From Hormiphora californensis (taxonomy: Eukaryota; Animalia; Ctenophora), in contig CM035356.1 of the NCBI GenBank assembly GCA_020137815.1, positions 4,030,001 to 4,094,000 on the forward strand: a DNA stretch of 64,000 nucleotides. The letters are read 5' to 3'. The translations under genes were made by a program, and so were the position numbers. This document shows, piece by piece, positions 1-12,400 of this stretch. The notes below the pieces were generated by a model. That model did no database searches. It was not told the origin of the DNA and saw nothing but the letters and a program-made list of their open reading frames with translations. Position 1 is the stretch's first letter. The number at the start of each line of letters is the position of its first letter.

Positions 1-2210
1 ACCTACCTTCCATTTACTCCATCTCTCAGCTTCCCTACCTCCCATTTACTCCATCCCTCAGCTAGCCTACCTCCCATTTGATCCATCTCTCAGCTTCCCT
101 ACCTCCCATTTACTCCATTTCTCAGCTTCCCTACCTCTCATTTACTTACTCCATCTCTCAGCTACCCTACCTCCCATTTACTCCATCTCTCAGCTTCCCT
201 ACCTCCCATTTACTCCATCTCTCAGCTACCCTACCTGCCATTTACTCCATCTCTCAGCTTCCCTACCTCCCATTTACTCCATTTCTCAGCTTCCCTACCT
301 CTCATTTAGTACTCCATCTCTCAGCTACCCTACCTCCCATTTACTCCATCTCTCAGCTTCCCTACCTCCCATTTACTCCATCTCTCAGCTACCCTACCTC
401 CCATTTACTCCATCTCTCAGCTTACCTACCTCCCATTTACTCCATCTCTCAGCTTCCCTACCTCCCATTTACTCCATCCCTCAGCTTCCCTACCTCCCAT
501 TTACTCTATCTCTCAGCTACCCTACCACCCATTTACTCCATCTCTCAGCTTTCCTACCTCCCATTTACTCCATCTCTCATCTTCCCTACCTCCCATTTAC
601 TCCATCTCTCAGCTACCCTACCACCCATTTACTCCATCTCTCAGCTTCCCTACCTCCCATTTACTCCATCTCTCAGCTTCCCTACCTCCCATTTACTGGG
701 AGGTAGGGAAGGTAAGCTGGAGATGGAGTAAATGGGAGGTAGGGAAGCTGAGAGATGGAGTAAATGGGTGGTAGGGTAGCTGAGAGATGGAGTGAATGGG
801 AGGTAGGGTAGCTGAGAGATGGAGTAAATGGGAGGCAGGGATGGAGTAAATGGGAGGTAGGGAAGCTGAGGGATGGAGTAAATGGGAGGTAGGGAAGCTG
901 AGAGATGGAGTAAATGGGAGGTAGGGTAGCTGATAGATGGAGTGAATGGGAGGTTGGGTAGCTGAGAGATGGAGTAAATGGGAGGTAGGGAAGCTGAGAG
1001 ATGGAGTAAATGGGAGGTAGGGAAGCTGAGAGATGGAGTAAATGGGAGGTAGGGAAGCTGAGAGATGGAGTAAATGGGAGGTAGGGTATCTGAAAGATGG
1101 AGTAAATGGCAGGTAGGGAAGCTGAGATATGGAGTAAATGGGAGGTAGGTAAGCTGAGAGATGGAGTAAATGGGAGGTAGGGAAGCTGAGAGATGGAGTA
1201 AATGGGAGGTATGGAAGCTGAGAGATGGAGTAAATGGGAGGTTGGGTAGCTGAGAGATGGAGTAAATGGGAGGTAGGGAAGCTGAGAGATGGAGTAAATG
1301 GGAGGTAGGGAAGCTGAGAGATGGAGTAAATGGGAGGTAGGGAAGCTGAGAGATGGAGTAAATGGGAGGTAGGGTATCTGAAAGATGGAGTAAATGGCAG
1401 GTAGGGAAGCTGAGATATGGAGTAAATGGGAGGTAGGTAAGCTGAGAGATGGAGTAAATGGGAGGTAGGGAAGCTGAGAGATGGAGTAAATGGGAGGTAT
1501 GGAAGCTGAGAGATGGAGTAAATGGGAGGTAGGGTAGCTGATAGATGGAGTGAATGGGAGGTTGGGTAGCTGAGAGATGGAGTAAATGGGAGGTAGGGAA
1601 GCTGAGAGATGGAGTAAATGGGAGGTAGGGAAGCTGAGAGATGGAGTAAATGGGAGGTAGGTAAGCTGAGAGATGGAGTAAATAGGAGGTAGGGTATCTG
1701 AAAGATGGAGTAAATGGCAGGTAGGGAAGCTGAGATATGGAGTAAATGGGAGGTAGGTAAGCTGAGAGATGGAGTAAATGGAAGGTAGGGAAGCTGAGAG
1801 ATGGAGTAAATGGGAGGTAGGGTAGCTGAGAGATGGAGTAAATGGGAGGTAGGGTAGCTGAGAGATGGAGTAGATGAGGAGTAGGGTAGCGGAGAGATGG
1901 ACTAGATTAGGGGTAGGGTAGCTGAAAGATGGAGTTGATGAGGGCTAGGGAAGCATAGAGATGGAAACGATTATGGATAGGGATTCCCTACCCCTAATCG
2001 TTTCCATCTCTATGCTTCCCTAATAGGGAAGCTGAGAGATGGAGTAGATGAGGAGTAGGGTAGCTGAGAGATGGACTAGATAAGGGGTAGGGTAGCTGAA
2101 AGATGGAGTAGATGAGGGGTAGGGTAGCTGAAAGATGGAGTAGATGAGGGGTAGGGTAGCTGAGAGATCGAGTTGATGAGGGGTAGGATAGCTGAGAGAT
2201 GGAGTAGATC
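1..2210. repeat. 32-bp tandem satellite/minisatellite (ACCTCCCATTTACTCCATCTCTCAGCTTCCCT)n with orientation switch at ~697
   Basis: The unit repeats directly from 1 to ~696, then continues as its reverse complement (GGGAGGTAGGGAAGCTGAGAGATGGAGTAAAT) to ~2210, with more diverged units after ~1870. ORFs 78..731 and 1994..2218 are translations of the repeat. Confidence 0.95.
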
Positions 2211-2866
2211 AAGATCAAGAAATATTTGATTCGGCACCGACCCTCTCTCTACTCCTCGATGTTTCCCGCCATGTTCTGCAGCTGCTGTGTGAGAGTTGAA
2301 CGCGAGCGCGTCAATAACATGACACGACATGCAACACGACATGCAACACGACATGCGAGATGCGAATTTCATTATTTTGAAGTTTTGTGGGGTTGCGATT
2401 TTTGTTTTAGGTCGGAGAGTGAAACTGCCGGTACAGTGGTAAACTAGATTAAAAACTGTACGCCTCGTTAGACGGCGATTTTTCCTATCTTGTCTGGTTC
2501 CTGAGATATGGCCCCCTAAAGAGTTGGTGTCTCAAACTGCTGAATCGGGGTCACGCGAGGAAAATGGGCATCAGTTTGCGTGTACTGCTCCGTTTTTCAC
2601 GGGACTTGAACGAGGGTGACGGCAAGAGTCTCACCTATTACATGGTATCCTTACATTGTGTATTAAATCTAAAATGACTGAGCAGCATGCTTGTTAATGA
2701 ACCTTGACGTGTTTGCTTGTCTCGCAAGCGCGCTCGCGACTAGCAAACACGACATGCAGTTCACACCCTGTTATAGTTATCTGACAAACCCCATCAATTG
2801 AAGTATGAACCTTAGTTTAGAAGAGAAGAAAAGGCTCTAGCTGGTGGACCTACTAAAGATCTCATC

Positions 2867-3442
2867 TCAAAGCCTTTGGTGGCCCGGGTTATTCAAACCA
2901 ACTATATTGGTTTTAGGTGCCAAGTTTAATTCAAGGTAGTGTTTATCAAATCTCCTTACCAGTGCCCTCTGCCTACACTCCTCGTAAGTTTCCCGGGGAT
3001 AGAATCTGGAGATGTAGTCATCAACATCACGTCGTGTCAGTGGGGCACAAACCGTCACCAGCTCCTCAAGCAGGGAGAATATCATCTTGCTGCATTCATT
3101 GAGGGCCGCTTCATCGATCTGGGTGTTCCTGGCAACTTGAACTAGCAACTGGGAGAGGGAGGGATGTAGGTAGTTAGTAAGGAGGAGGGATGTGTTACTT
3201 GAACTAACAACTGGGAGGGGGATGGGTGATTCAACAATACTAAAATGAGAGCTCAAGGCAAAACAGTAATGATACTAAAATAATAACAAGTACATTATAG
3301 CACACACTCCTATTCACTGCTATTGTACTACGTACTAAGTACATATACAGGTCACCTTTTGTATCCCCTCTTTGAGTAATTTTCTAATTTCTCCTTCGTT
3401 GTCCGTTTCAGTAATACTCTCGTAGTCATTACCCACTGCCAT
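2867..3442 (-). CDS. Small protein with an SOS-type (H2B-like) histone fold; 2 exons (3442-3356, 3148-2867), ~122 aa; may continue via an internal donor at ~2959
   Basis: Exon 1 MAVGNDYESITETDNEGEIRKLLKEGIQK joins through a GT..AG intron in phase 0 to LLVQVARNTQIDEAALNECSKMIFSLLEELVTVCAPLTRRDVDDYISRFYP. The pattern resembles the first histone fold of Son-of-sevenless (from recall: LLVPALKKVQGQVHP...DALQYVEELILQLLNML...PRSASDVEERVQKSFP). Confidence 0.6.
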
Positions 3443-3814
3443 CTTCTTCTTCTTCTAGAAGTCGTTATCCAACTTTAGCCATTACATTCCTGCAAATGTA
3501 GACGATTCTCTGTACAATATACAAATGTAAAACCCTACCAACTCTCCTTCATGCTGTCGGCTGATCATGCTTTTATGTATGGACCAAATACAACATTTTT
3601 TAAACCCAACAACGGCTTTTTTGAGGCGGGTTTTTGGTTATAACTTATATCTTTTGATCAAATAGTCGTGATATTTTTTTCAAATAGCTACAGATATTTC
3701 CAAGAATGTCCCGGTGGTCCTACAAGTTACAACCGGTTCATAGTTAAAGGACGATCCAAGGACCGCTCACTTTTTTAATTTTTAAATTGCATCAATTTTT
3801 TTAACTCGCGTCAT

Positions 3815-4528
3815 TTTAAAAAGGGCGCCGTTACGATCTGAGTGTTTGGAGGCCTGTTTACAGGTGCACGCTGCCAAAAAAGTTGATTCACTAAAATGGC
3901 TCTAACCGCCAAAGCCCAAACCACTCAACCGTTTTGGCTGATTCAAAGTTTATCTGGTAGGGAATGTCAAGGCCTAACCCCAACCCAAACCCCAACCCTA
4001 ACCCTAACCATACTTTAGCCCTAACCCTAAAAGACCGTTTGTCAGCACTCCCAAAACACCCAGATTTTAACGCTGGCCTTTTAAAAACTCGTCGACCGCG
4101 ACGCGGGCGCAATTCAATAACTCAGCCGCGCGCAGTAACGCGCAAATAACAACACAACGCCGCGCACATACTTTGCAAATTCTGAACCTCAAAATTTTAC
4201 GAAACTGTCCAGTTTTTTTGGGAAACTTTTGGGTTTGGCATGCGCTGCAGACCCCAAGTGCGCGCGTTTCCCACGGCTTCTAGGGCCTGTAGCATAGGCC
4301 AACTTTTGGGTGTTTCAGTGTCAGTCACGGTTTTTTAGGGGCAGGACTAAAGTAGGGCTAGGGTTAGGGCTTGGGTTGGGGTTAGGGCTTTACATTTCCT
4401 ATCAGATAAACTTTGGATTAGCCCAAATAGTTGGATGGTTTAATGCTTAGAGCCGTTTTAGTGCAGGGTAATTTTTTTGGTAGCGCACACCTGTTTAAAC
4501 AGGTAACACCTAGACGCCCTTTTTTAAA
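3815..4528. mobile_element. Fold-back MITE-like element with long imperfect inverted arms containing telomere-like CCCTAA/TTAGGG repeats
   Basis: The left arm AAAAGGGCG..CAGGTGCACGCTGCCAAAAAA..AAAGTTTATCTGGTAGGGAATGT..CCTAACCC mirrors the right arm GGGTTAGGG..ACATTTCCTATCAGATAAACTTT..TTTTTTGGTAGCGCACACCTG..CGCCCTTTT. Confidence 0.7.
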
Positions 4529-4619
4529 TTTTAGGCTGTTTCGTGCGTCCATGTGGTGCACTGAAGCCTGAGCCCTAAATTGCTAAAGCTCATCCACACG
4601 TCAAGTCCGAACTAGAAAT

Positions 4620-5610
4620 CAAAATTGGGGATGTTAGCACTTCACGAAAAGAAGTTTCAGCTAATGATATACCCCCTAGGCAAGTCCCAGTTGCTTAGGG
4701 AGCTACCTTTCACGTCTGAAACCCTGAGCTATGTTACGGAAGCAGGTACGACTGTGGAACCTGAACAGCACGTAAAGGACCTCGGCGTATGGTTGTCGGC
4801 GGATGGTACATGGACTTATCACATCAATGACATCGTTAGGAGGGCCAACCGGATTGCGGGATGGATTCTGAGCGTGTTCAGATGTAGATCTCAGGAGGTA
4901 TTACTGACTCTATACAAGGCCTTGGTTCGTCCCATTCTCGAGTACTGCTGCTTGGTTTGGTCACCGTCCAAGGTAGCTGACATCCAGGCGCTGGAGAACG
5001 TTCAGCGAGCTTTCTTAAGAAAGATCTATGGGATGAATGAGCTGACCTACTGGGAGCGGTTGGAGACTCTGAAAATCATGTCCCTTCAGAGGCGACGCCA
5101 GAGGTACGAGCTTATACATGTCTGGAAAATCTATCATGGACTAGTACCTAACTGTGTAGGAATGGAATTCCAGACAGGCCGCTTGGGGATACAGGTCAAA
5201 ACGCAGAAGTATCCTTATTGGGCTGATAGGAGGCGAGCTACCCAGCTGTTCAACTCGTTCAGTTACAGGGCTCCTCAGTTGTGGAATAAACTGCCCCGAG
5301 AGGTGACCCTTTGTGAAACATTGGCAGGGTTTAAGGCTAGCCTGGGTTCTTTCATGAAGGAGTACAAGGACAGGCCTCCAGTGAGAGGGTACCCCACGGT
5401 CCCGAATGACTTCAGTCAGGCGGCGAAATCTTAGCTGTGTGTGATTTTGCTGCGTGTGATTTTGCTGTGTGTGATTTTGCTGATGACTGACCACATGACG
5501 GGGCGATTCGATTTTAATATTTTGAGTTAAGACTTGACAAGGAGGACCCACTCGCTGGGAAATCCGCACGCGTTTAGATTGTGTAAATTTAATTTGATTT
5601 GATTTGATTT
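4620..5610 (+). mobile_element. 5'-truncated CR1-group non-LTR retrotransposon, C-terminal part of ORF2 (RT thumb region) plus 3' UTR
   Basis: ORF 4625..5434 contains KDLGVWLS..WTYHINDIVRRANRIAGWI..LLTLYKALVRPILEYCCLVWSP..LENVQRAF..YWERLETLKIMSLQRRR, the typical CR1/L2 C-terminus. It is followed by 15-bp GCTGTGTGTGATTTT repeats and an (ATTTG)n tail at ~5590-5610. Confidence 0.9.
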
Positions 5611-5611
5611 C

Positions 5612-5990
5612 CCCCTGATTAAGATGGAATGGGGATTGACAACCAAACTTCCGACCAACAGAGCCTGGAGTTGAGGTTCCAACGTCCACTACTACCACCA
5701 CACAAGTCTCTGTCGCTACGAAGTACCACAATTAATTTGCCTGAAGAGCAGCTCAACTTTTGAATACCCTACCAAACAACGTAAATACGACAGAAGACCT
5801 TGCCTTATTCAAATGTCTTCTTGGTAAATGGCTGGAGAGATTCCCAGACCGACCTACGGTGACTGGAGATACTCGGCAGAATAATAACTCTATTATTGAC
5901 TGGACACAGGGAAGAATTACAAGGGGATGGGGAGGCTCTATGAGGAGCTGACACCTGTGCAGTATCTTTGCAAAGAGGACTACAAGTAAC
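5612..5990 (+). mobile_element. Second, degraded CR1-group 3' fragment
   Basis: ORF 5760..5951 NTLPNNV..FKCLLGKWLERFPDRPTVTG..NNSIIDW parallels NKLPREV..FKASLGSFMKEYKDRPPVRG of the preceding element. Confidence 0.7.
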
Positions 5991-6536
5991 TCCCGAGCGA
6001 AGATGGAACCTCTTGTTGATTTGATAATTTGCCGTTACGAAGCAGAAAAAGAAGTGGCACTAGTTCAGTGGAATGCAAGAGAGGCAAAGAACAAGATCGC
6101 AAAGGAGAATGAGGAACACCCTTCTCTCTATGTATAATAATTTCTCACCAGGATCACATTCCCGAAGCTAGTGTGATGTATCGAGCTCGCAGGAAAGGTC
6201 GGAGTATCTAGATAACTCACATTTTTCTTCGAGCTGAAGCATTTGAATAATAACTCATGGGCATTTCATCTAAGCAGTTTGTTGCAATAGCTTTTTTGCT
6301 AATAATTTGCTATTGTTTAGGAGCATATGAGATTGAGTGGTAAATTGTTGTGTTATTGCTGGTAAGAAATCCATATGATATAATCGTGGAGACGGACGAC
6401 CGTGCCATGTAACACACAAATTCCCACATGTTTTTGCTTTGTGCACTGCTCAATGTGCACACTTGGATTTCATATATCTGAGTCAAGTGACTATTTGGAA
6501 CACACAAACACACACAAACCAACTAACGAACATCAA

Positions 6537-7373
6537 TTATAACCTCATGCAGCATGCTTTAAGACCATGAATAATGTTGTTACCTGCTTTACTACTGGCC
6601 ATCATTTTCACTTCGTCCGCTCCTTGCTCCTCAGGGAAAGTTATTGACCCCTCAAACCACTTTTCAGACCACCACACTTGTCCGTCAGGTTTATTTACAC
6701 AAAAAGTTTCATCATTAATATTTAGGGACCAGAGCAGTTCGGTATTTAGGTTAACCGTAATGGGGTGGCCGTTAGGGTTAGCAACAAACTCGATCTGGAC
6801 CACATTGTTCCTCTCCAACAAGTCCACATCGGTGACTTTCGTTCCGCACCCTTCTAGATGAATACTAAGGTCACCTTCCAGACCGTCTTTAGGCGTCAGT
6901 TTTATCTCCATTCGGTACGTCCTGGTGTTGTCATTGAAAACTGCTTTTACAAAGTAGTATGATTTAAGAGAACCAGAGTTTTGGGGTGTCTTCACCATAC
7001 GAAAATCGAGGAGAAGCTTTGGAAGTTTAGGGTTTTTGTTGTACGGAACTGGTTTGCATGGGTATTCTCGTCCAATAGTTATTTCTTGCCATGTTGCTCT
7101 CTCCGTCTCGTCTGCCCTTCCTGCGAATGTGAGAGAGAGAGATAGAGGACTAGAAACTGTATCACAACTATTATACTACTACTAGCCCAAGATTCCGAGA
7201 ACCCTTCAACCTTGCAACCATCTCTATTGTTAATTTGGCGAGGGGAATTCCATTTTAAACCATCTATGATAGTATTTTAGACTCCATCACCACTCTACGG
7301 TGTGCCACATTCCCCTGTAAAACGTGTATCTACCTTGGATCAGAAGGAAGACGAGCAAAAGAACAAAGATCAT
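6537..7373 (-). CDS. Secreted protein of unknown function, 2 exons (7373-7334, 7120-6537), ~207 aa
   Basis: Exon 1 MIFVLLLVFLLIQ is signal-peptide-like and ends G|gtaga. The acceptor ttcgcag| at 7120 continues in phase GRADETERATWQEITIGREYPCKP... into ORF 6537..6998, which looks beta-rich. Confidence 0.75.
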
Positions 7374-8188
7374 CTCAAGAAATAATGGCCTCGACTTCCA
7401 TGTGATTGAGCTTCGAAAAGGAGAGATAGAGAGAGCGAGAGATAGAGGGAGAGGGAGAGAGAGAGAGAGAGGAAGAGCGAGAAAAAAAGAAAGAGAGAGA
7501 GGGAGAGAGGGAGAAAAAAAGAAAGAGAGAGGGAGAGAATGAGGTACGGAGGTAAAGAGGGAGTATAAGAGAGGGAGGGGAAGAGGGAAAGAGAGAAGGA
7601 GGGGAAAAAGAAGGAAGAGAGAGACGGTTTCAGAATGCCAGGCAAACTCGATATACTATCGTTACAGCACAATCTAAAGCCATTTCAAGCTATGCTGGCC
7701 CCTGTCACGACATCAGCAAGAAACCTCGGATATTTTTTTCTCGAAAAGTGCCACAAAATCTAGCATGGCAACCTAAAATGATATCTACTTACTCTAACTT
7801 CTTCAGATTGGCCCGTTAGCAGCGTTTTATACTTTGCAAAATGAGAGATAACTCAAACACAGTCTGTAGGTTCAAACAGCACTTTGTAAGGCCCTGGCTG
7901 GGACCTGGGTGTGATGAAACAAAACAATAAACATCTTAGTGTTCTTAATATTCATGTTCATGTTGGTGTAAATGGAGACCAGTCATAGCTCTACAGACGG
8001 CAGTCATAGGCCATTATATGCTCTACAGCCATTCCGTCGTATGGGAAAACTTTTTACTTTCATTTCACGCTTACATTATATACCATCTAGCTTACACGTA
8101 GTATTACACTAACACGAATAAACCTCACTACTCTCCCAGTCTCATTTGTGTTCGTCGTTGTTGTTTTTCACTGATCTAATATCTCACC

Positions 8189-8846
8189 ATGGAAGGTGCC
8201 CCTCCTGCCCCTGGATCTTGGCTGTCGTCCCTCTTCGGCTGCTTCGATGATATATCATCCTGTAAGCAACTTGTAATAATTTGCACAGATCTGCACAGAT
8301 GAGGAGACATCCAGCAGAGATTCATGCTGTAATAAGTCATCCTTTATCATTAAGATAAGGTTTCGCACACCATTATATAGTTTCACAATTCACATGCTTA
8401 CAAAACATCTTTCAGGTCTCATCACGCTCTTTGTCCCATGTGTGACTATTGGCCAGAACACTGAAAACAGTGGCCAGGGAAGTTTCATTCTAGGCTTTAT
8501 TCTCGCCCTCATTCCAACTGTGAACATTGTCTGGATGATCTACCTGAGGAACAAAACCAGGGAACAGTTTGCAATTGAGGTGAGTTAGATTTCGATAGAA
8601 AACCTCCCTCATTTTATGGGGGGGAGGGGGAGGGGTTCAACCCTAAAAATTTAGGTTGACCCCCCCCCCCTTTATTAATTTACAACACCTGGGAAATAAT
8701 AATCAAAACTTTTTTCCTACCAGGGTTCTCTTGTTGGCGATATTTTGAGTGTTGTCTGTTGTGGCTTCTGTACGCTGGCCCAAGAAAACCGAGAGTTCAA
8801 GATGAGAGGAATCGAAGGAGGACAACCACCAATGCCAAGGGTCTAG
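8189..8846 (+). CDS. PLAC8/cornifelin-family Cys-rich protein, 3 exons
   Basis: The spliced product is MEGAPPAPGSWLSSLFGCFDDISS/CLITLFVPCVTIGQN..YLRNKTREQFAIE/GSLVGDILSVVCCGFCTLAQENRE. It carries the canonical W..LFGCFDD, PC, R..R...I.G and CC..C.L.QE.RE motifs, with GT-AG introns. Confidence 0.92.
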
Positions 8847-9158
8847 ACACACAGATTTAGTGATCTAGGGAGGGTCAAGGGTCTAGACACACAGATCTAG
8901 GGAGGGTCAAGGGTCAAGGCATAGATCTAGGGAGGGTCTAGACACACAGATCTAGGGAGGGTCAAGGGTCTAGACACACAAATCTAGGGAGGGTCAAGGG
9001 TCTAGACACACAGATCTAGGGAGGGTCTAGACACACAGATCTAGGGAGGGTCAAGGGTCTAGACACACAGATCTAGTGATCTAGGGAGGGTCAAGGGTCT
9101 AGGCACAGATCTAGGGAGGGTCTAGACACACAGATCTAGGGACGGTCAAGGTTCAAGG
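8836..9158 (+). repeat. Minisatellite (~25-39 bp units, GTCTAGACACACAGATCTAGGGAGGGTCAAGG) starting at the PLAC8 stop codon
   Basis: The first unit includes CAAGGGTCTAG, the last codons and TAG of the gene. Confidence 0.9.
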
Positions 9159-9456
9159 CTGATCCATAAATACATGGGGAGAGACACTTTTAGTTCTGAA
9201 AAAGAGATAGAAATGTGATATCTTATTGGGATTTGATTATTTGAAATGGATGTTGTTTTAGACTTTTACTTTATGAAATTGGAATTTTATTTTCACAGAA
9301 AACTCTCGCCCCAATCTGATGATTGTTGTCCCCCTCTTGGGACATCATGAATCATTTTGTAGAGACCATTTAAAACTTCGTTGTTATCTCTCTATCACCC
9401 TCTCAGACAAACAGTTGCAATGTTTTCTCTATATTTAATTCACCCTCTCAGTCAAA

Positions 9457-12400
9457 ATGAGTGTTATGGTGGTCCAGGTGGGTCAGTGTGGGAATCAGCT
9501 AGGTGAAGCACTGTTTGAGACAGCATACAGAGAGTCACCTTCAGACTCAGTTGGAAGGTTTTTTACTGAGACAGGTGAGAACTTCTTTCTAGGTTCGTTA
9601 AAAGCAAGGGTTGATTTATAATGAATGAGTCGTCTGACACTGTGTCCGTGCTACGCTACAATTCAAATGCTTGGTATGATTCGAGCTGCTCGTATCAAAT
9701 TAAAATGTTAGATAATCTGAGCGAGTCAAAACGTGATGCGAGCAGGCCGAATATTTATATTGAGGGCAGGTTGATCGATTCATCACATCTCAAAACATAT
9801 ATTTCAGATGGCGGGCCATTGATTGCCAATGCAGTTTTAGTTGATATGGAGAGTAAAGTTGTGGCGGGCTGTCTCTCAAAACACCACACAGGCTGGACGT
9901 ACGATCCACGCTGTTCTGTTTTATCCAGACAGGGCTCAGGTATAAAGAGATTGGAGAGAAAGAGAGGGCTCAGGTAAAGAGATGGGAGAGAAATACAGAT
10001 GGGAGAATCATATATCCCTCTAAGGCCCCCTTATTATAATATAGTCGAGATATTTAAAACATACGAGCAAACAACTTGTTACTTTCTAACCATCCTTTAA
10101 ATTTGAAAGAGAGAGGGTCGAACCAAGCCACTTCTTGCAGGTAACAATTGGGCGAACGGTTACTGTAACTTTGGTGAAACTATGGAAGATGAAATATCGA
10201 CAGCTCTCCGTGTCCTGCTCCGCTCCCTACCTGATGTCAGAGTGGCTCTAGTCATCATGAGCTCAGCCGGAGGTAGGTCCGATACCATGGTTGACATGTT
10301 ACCCGTCTATCGGCTCGGTCGCGGTGTGAGCTTGTAGGCGATTCATCGTGCGAAAGACAGCCTGCGTATAGCATGGTTTTCCGAATTTACAATAAACACA
10401 TAGTTGCCATGGTTACCATTTTTCACACCATTCTTCAGGAACTGGCTCAGGATTAGGCTGCAGAATAACAGAACTAATAAAGGGGATAGTGCCGGGTGTC
10501 TTGATTGTTAATCAGGTAAAGTCAAGCAGGTGCAGTTACACAGTTACAAGGGGCAACTTTAATAACTGCCCCTTGTCGGCGTGTAACAGGGTGATAAAGT
10601 AAGGTACAGTCGGACCCCGATTTACCGGGCCCCGATGTACCGGAACCCCGATTTACCGGGAGGATTTCTTTCCCCCGATTTTTTTTGGAAAATTTTCGAA
10701 GTTTGGCCGGTTGGTAAACTTGCATTTGCAATTCGCTAGGTCTAATGGGGATCACGTATCGGTTCGTTTCGAACCGTCTAATTAGCGGCAGGACACGTGA
10801 TAAGATGCACCGATTCGAAACACGATTCGAACGTGGCTGGTATACCTTAGAAAAATTTCATAACTTTTTTTGCAAAATTTTACAGAATCATTGTCAATGC
10901 TTTGATCGATGCTCCCCGTAAATTTTCAGAGAAAAAGTTATTTTGAAATTTTGATACTTCCTCACCCCGCTTAGGGTGCCCAGATTCGGCATGGTATCAC
11001 GTATCGGTTCGTTTTGAACCGTCTAATTAGCGGCAGGACATGCGATAAGATGCACCGATTCGAAACACGATTCGGACTCGGTCGGGGTGGTTTACATTAG
11101 AAAAAGTTTTTACAATTTTTTTGAATTTTTTAAATTTTCTATTTCTAATGACAGAAGCAATGATCATATTGTCATTAATAAATGTATACTATACAGTTAG
11201 AGGTGTCGTGGTATAGAATTTTGGACAAAAGTAGGATTTATGGGTCAAATATGCTCTACCCCGATATACCAGGCACCCCGATTTACCGGGCAAAATGGCT
11301 TCCCCCGAGGATCCCGGTAAATCGGGGTCCGACTGTAGTAACTCATCCACTAATAGGAAATTATAACATTCCGTTTTTGGTACAATTTTGAAAGTTTGTG
11401 CCTGGTGGCAACTTTTCTATAAACAAAAACGGCATCTCAAATTCGAGTAACTATATAATTATGATGGTAAGTACATCATACTATTATTAAAGCAAATAGG
11501 GAAATCCAGTGTAACGTTTTTTACCTTATATGGCATTTAGCACGTGCAGGTTTAGAGCCTAGAGGTGAACTGTGGAGTACTATTGGAGTGGGGCCAGGAG
11601 TCGGAGCCGTTGCCAATGGCATGGTTGCTACTGTTATACTGCACGTGCACGTGCATTTGATCTTGCTTTAGTCTGTTTCACTGTTCCAGCTAATTATATG
11701 CTCTCTTCAACAACTCTTGATATACGACAGCGACAATTGGAGTTATTCACGCAAGATCTCACCGCTATTCTCTACTTTTCCATACACTGAGGGGTTCAAA
11801 TGCAGCATCACCAAAAGAAGTGCAGAGAGAACGAACAAGACGTTGAGAGGTTAAACAGAACCGATGATCAATCTCAGAGATTAAGGAGATGAATACGCAA
11901 GCAGACGAAATAGTAAGTTCTTTTATAACTTTGATCGCCGGATCATCATTTGACGTTCTGAAACCAGAAACTCGCAGCGATCCCGCCTGAGCTCCTTCTA
12001 AGGTGACCGTTACTTAAGATGGGATAGTGCATGTCATTAGTTAGACTGATGATGTCAGTGTTCCCTATTCCAGCTACCAATACCATTTCCCCGAAATTCG
12101 CCCGTAGGGCGAACGGGTTTACTAGTTTTATTAATCACACCAGAAAAATACAAGTTACAATAACATGGCCTCTGAGCTGCATTATATAATAGTTCTCAAA
12201 TATCACCAGTCTTCGTAATCTTGAAAAGAGTTACACAACTCGACTCGTCCTCGCAATTTATTATGAAAATAATTACACACTACTCGACACACTACTCGAC
12301 TCGTCGCCACAATGTACGTACTCAACTCGCGAGAGATTTAAACCATCAAAAGAGATTCTCCCGTTTTTATCCGCATCCGTTTGCCTGAAGAATTTATGGT

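Noticed and set aside
1-2210. CRISPR-like regular repeats and ORF 78..731
   Set aside because: The units are contiguous with no unique spacers, there are no cas genes, and the context is eukaryotic. The ORF is a translation of the repeat.
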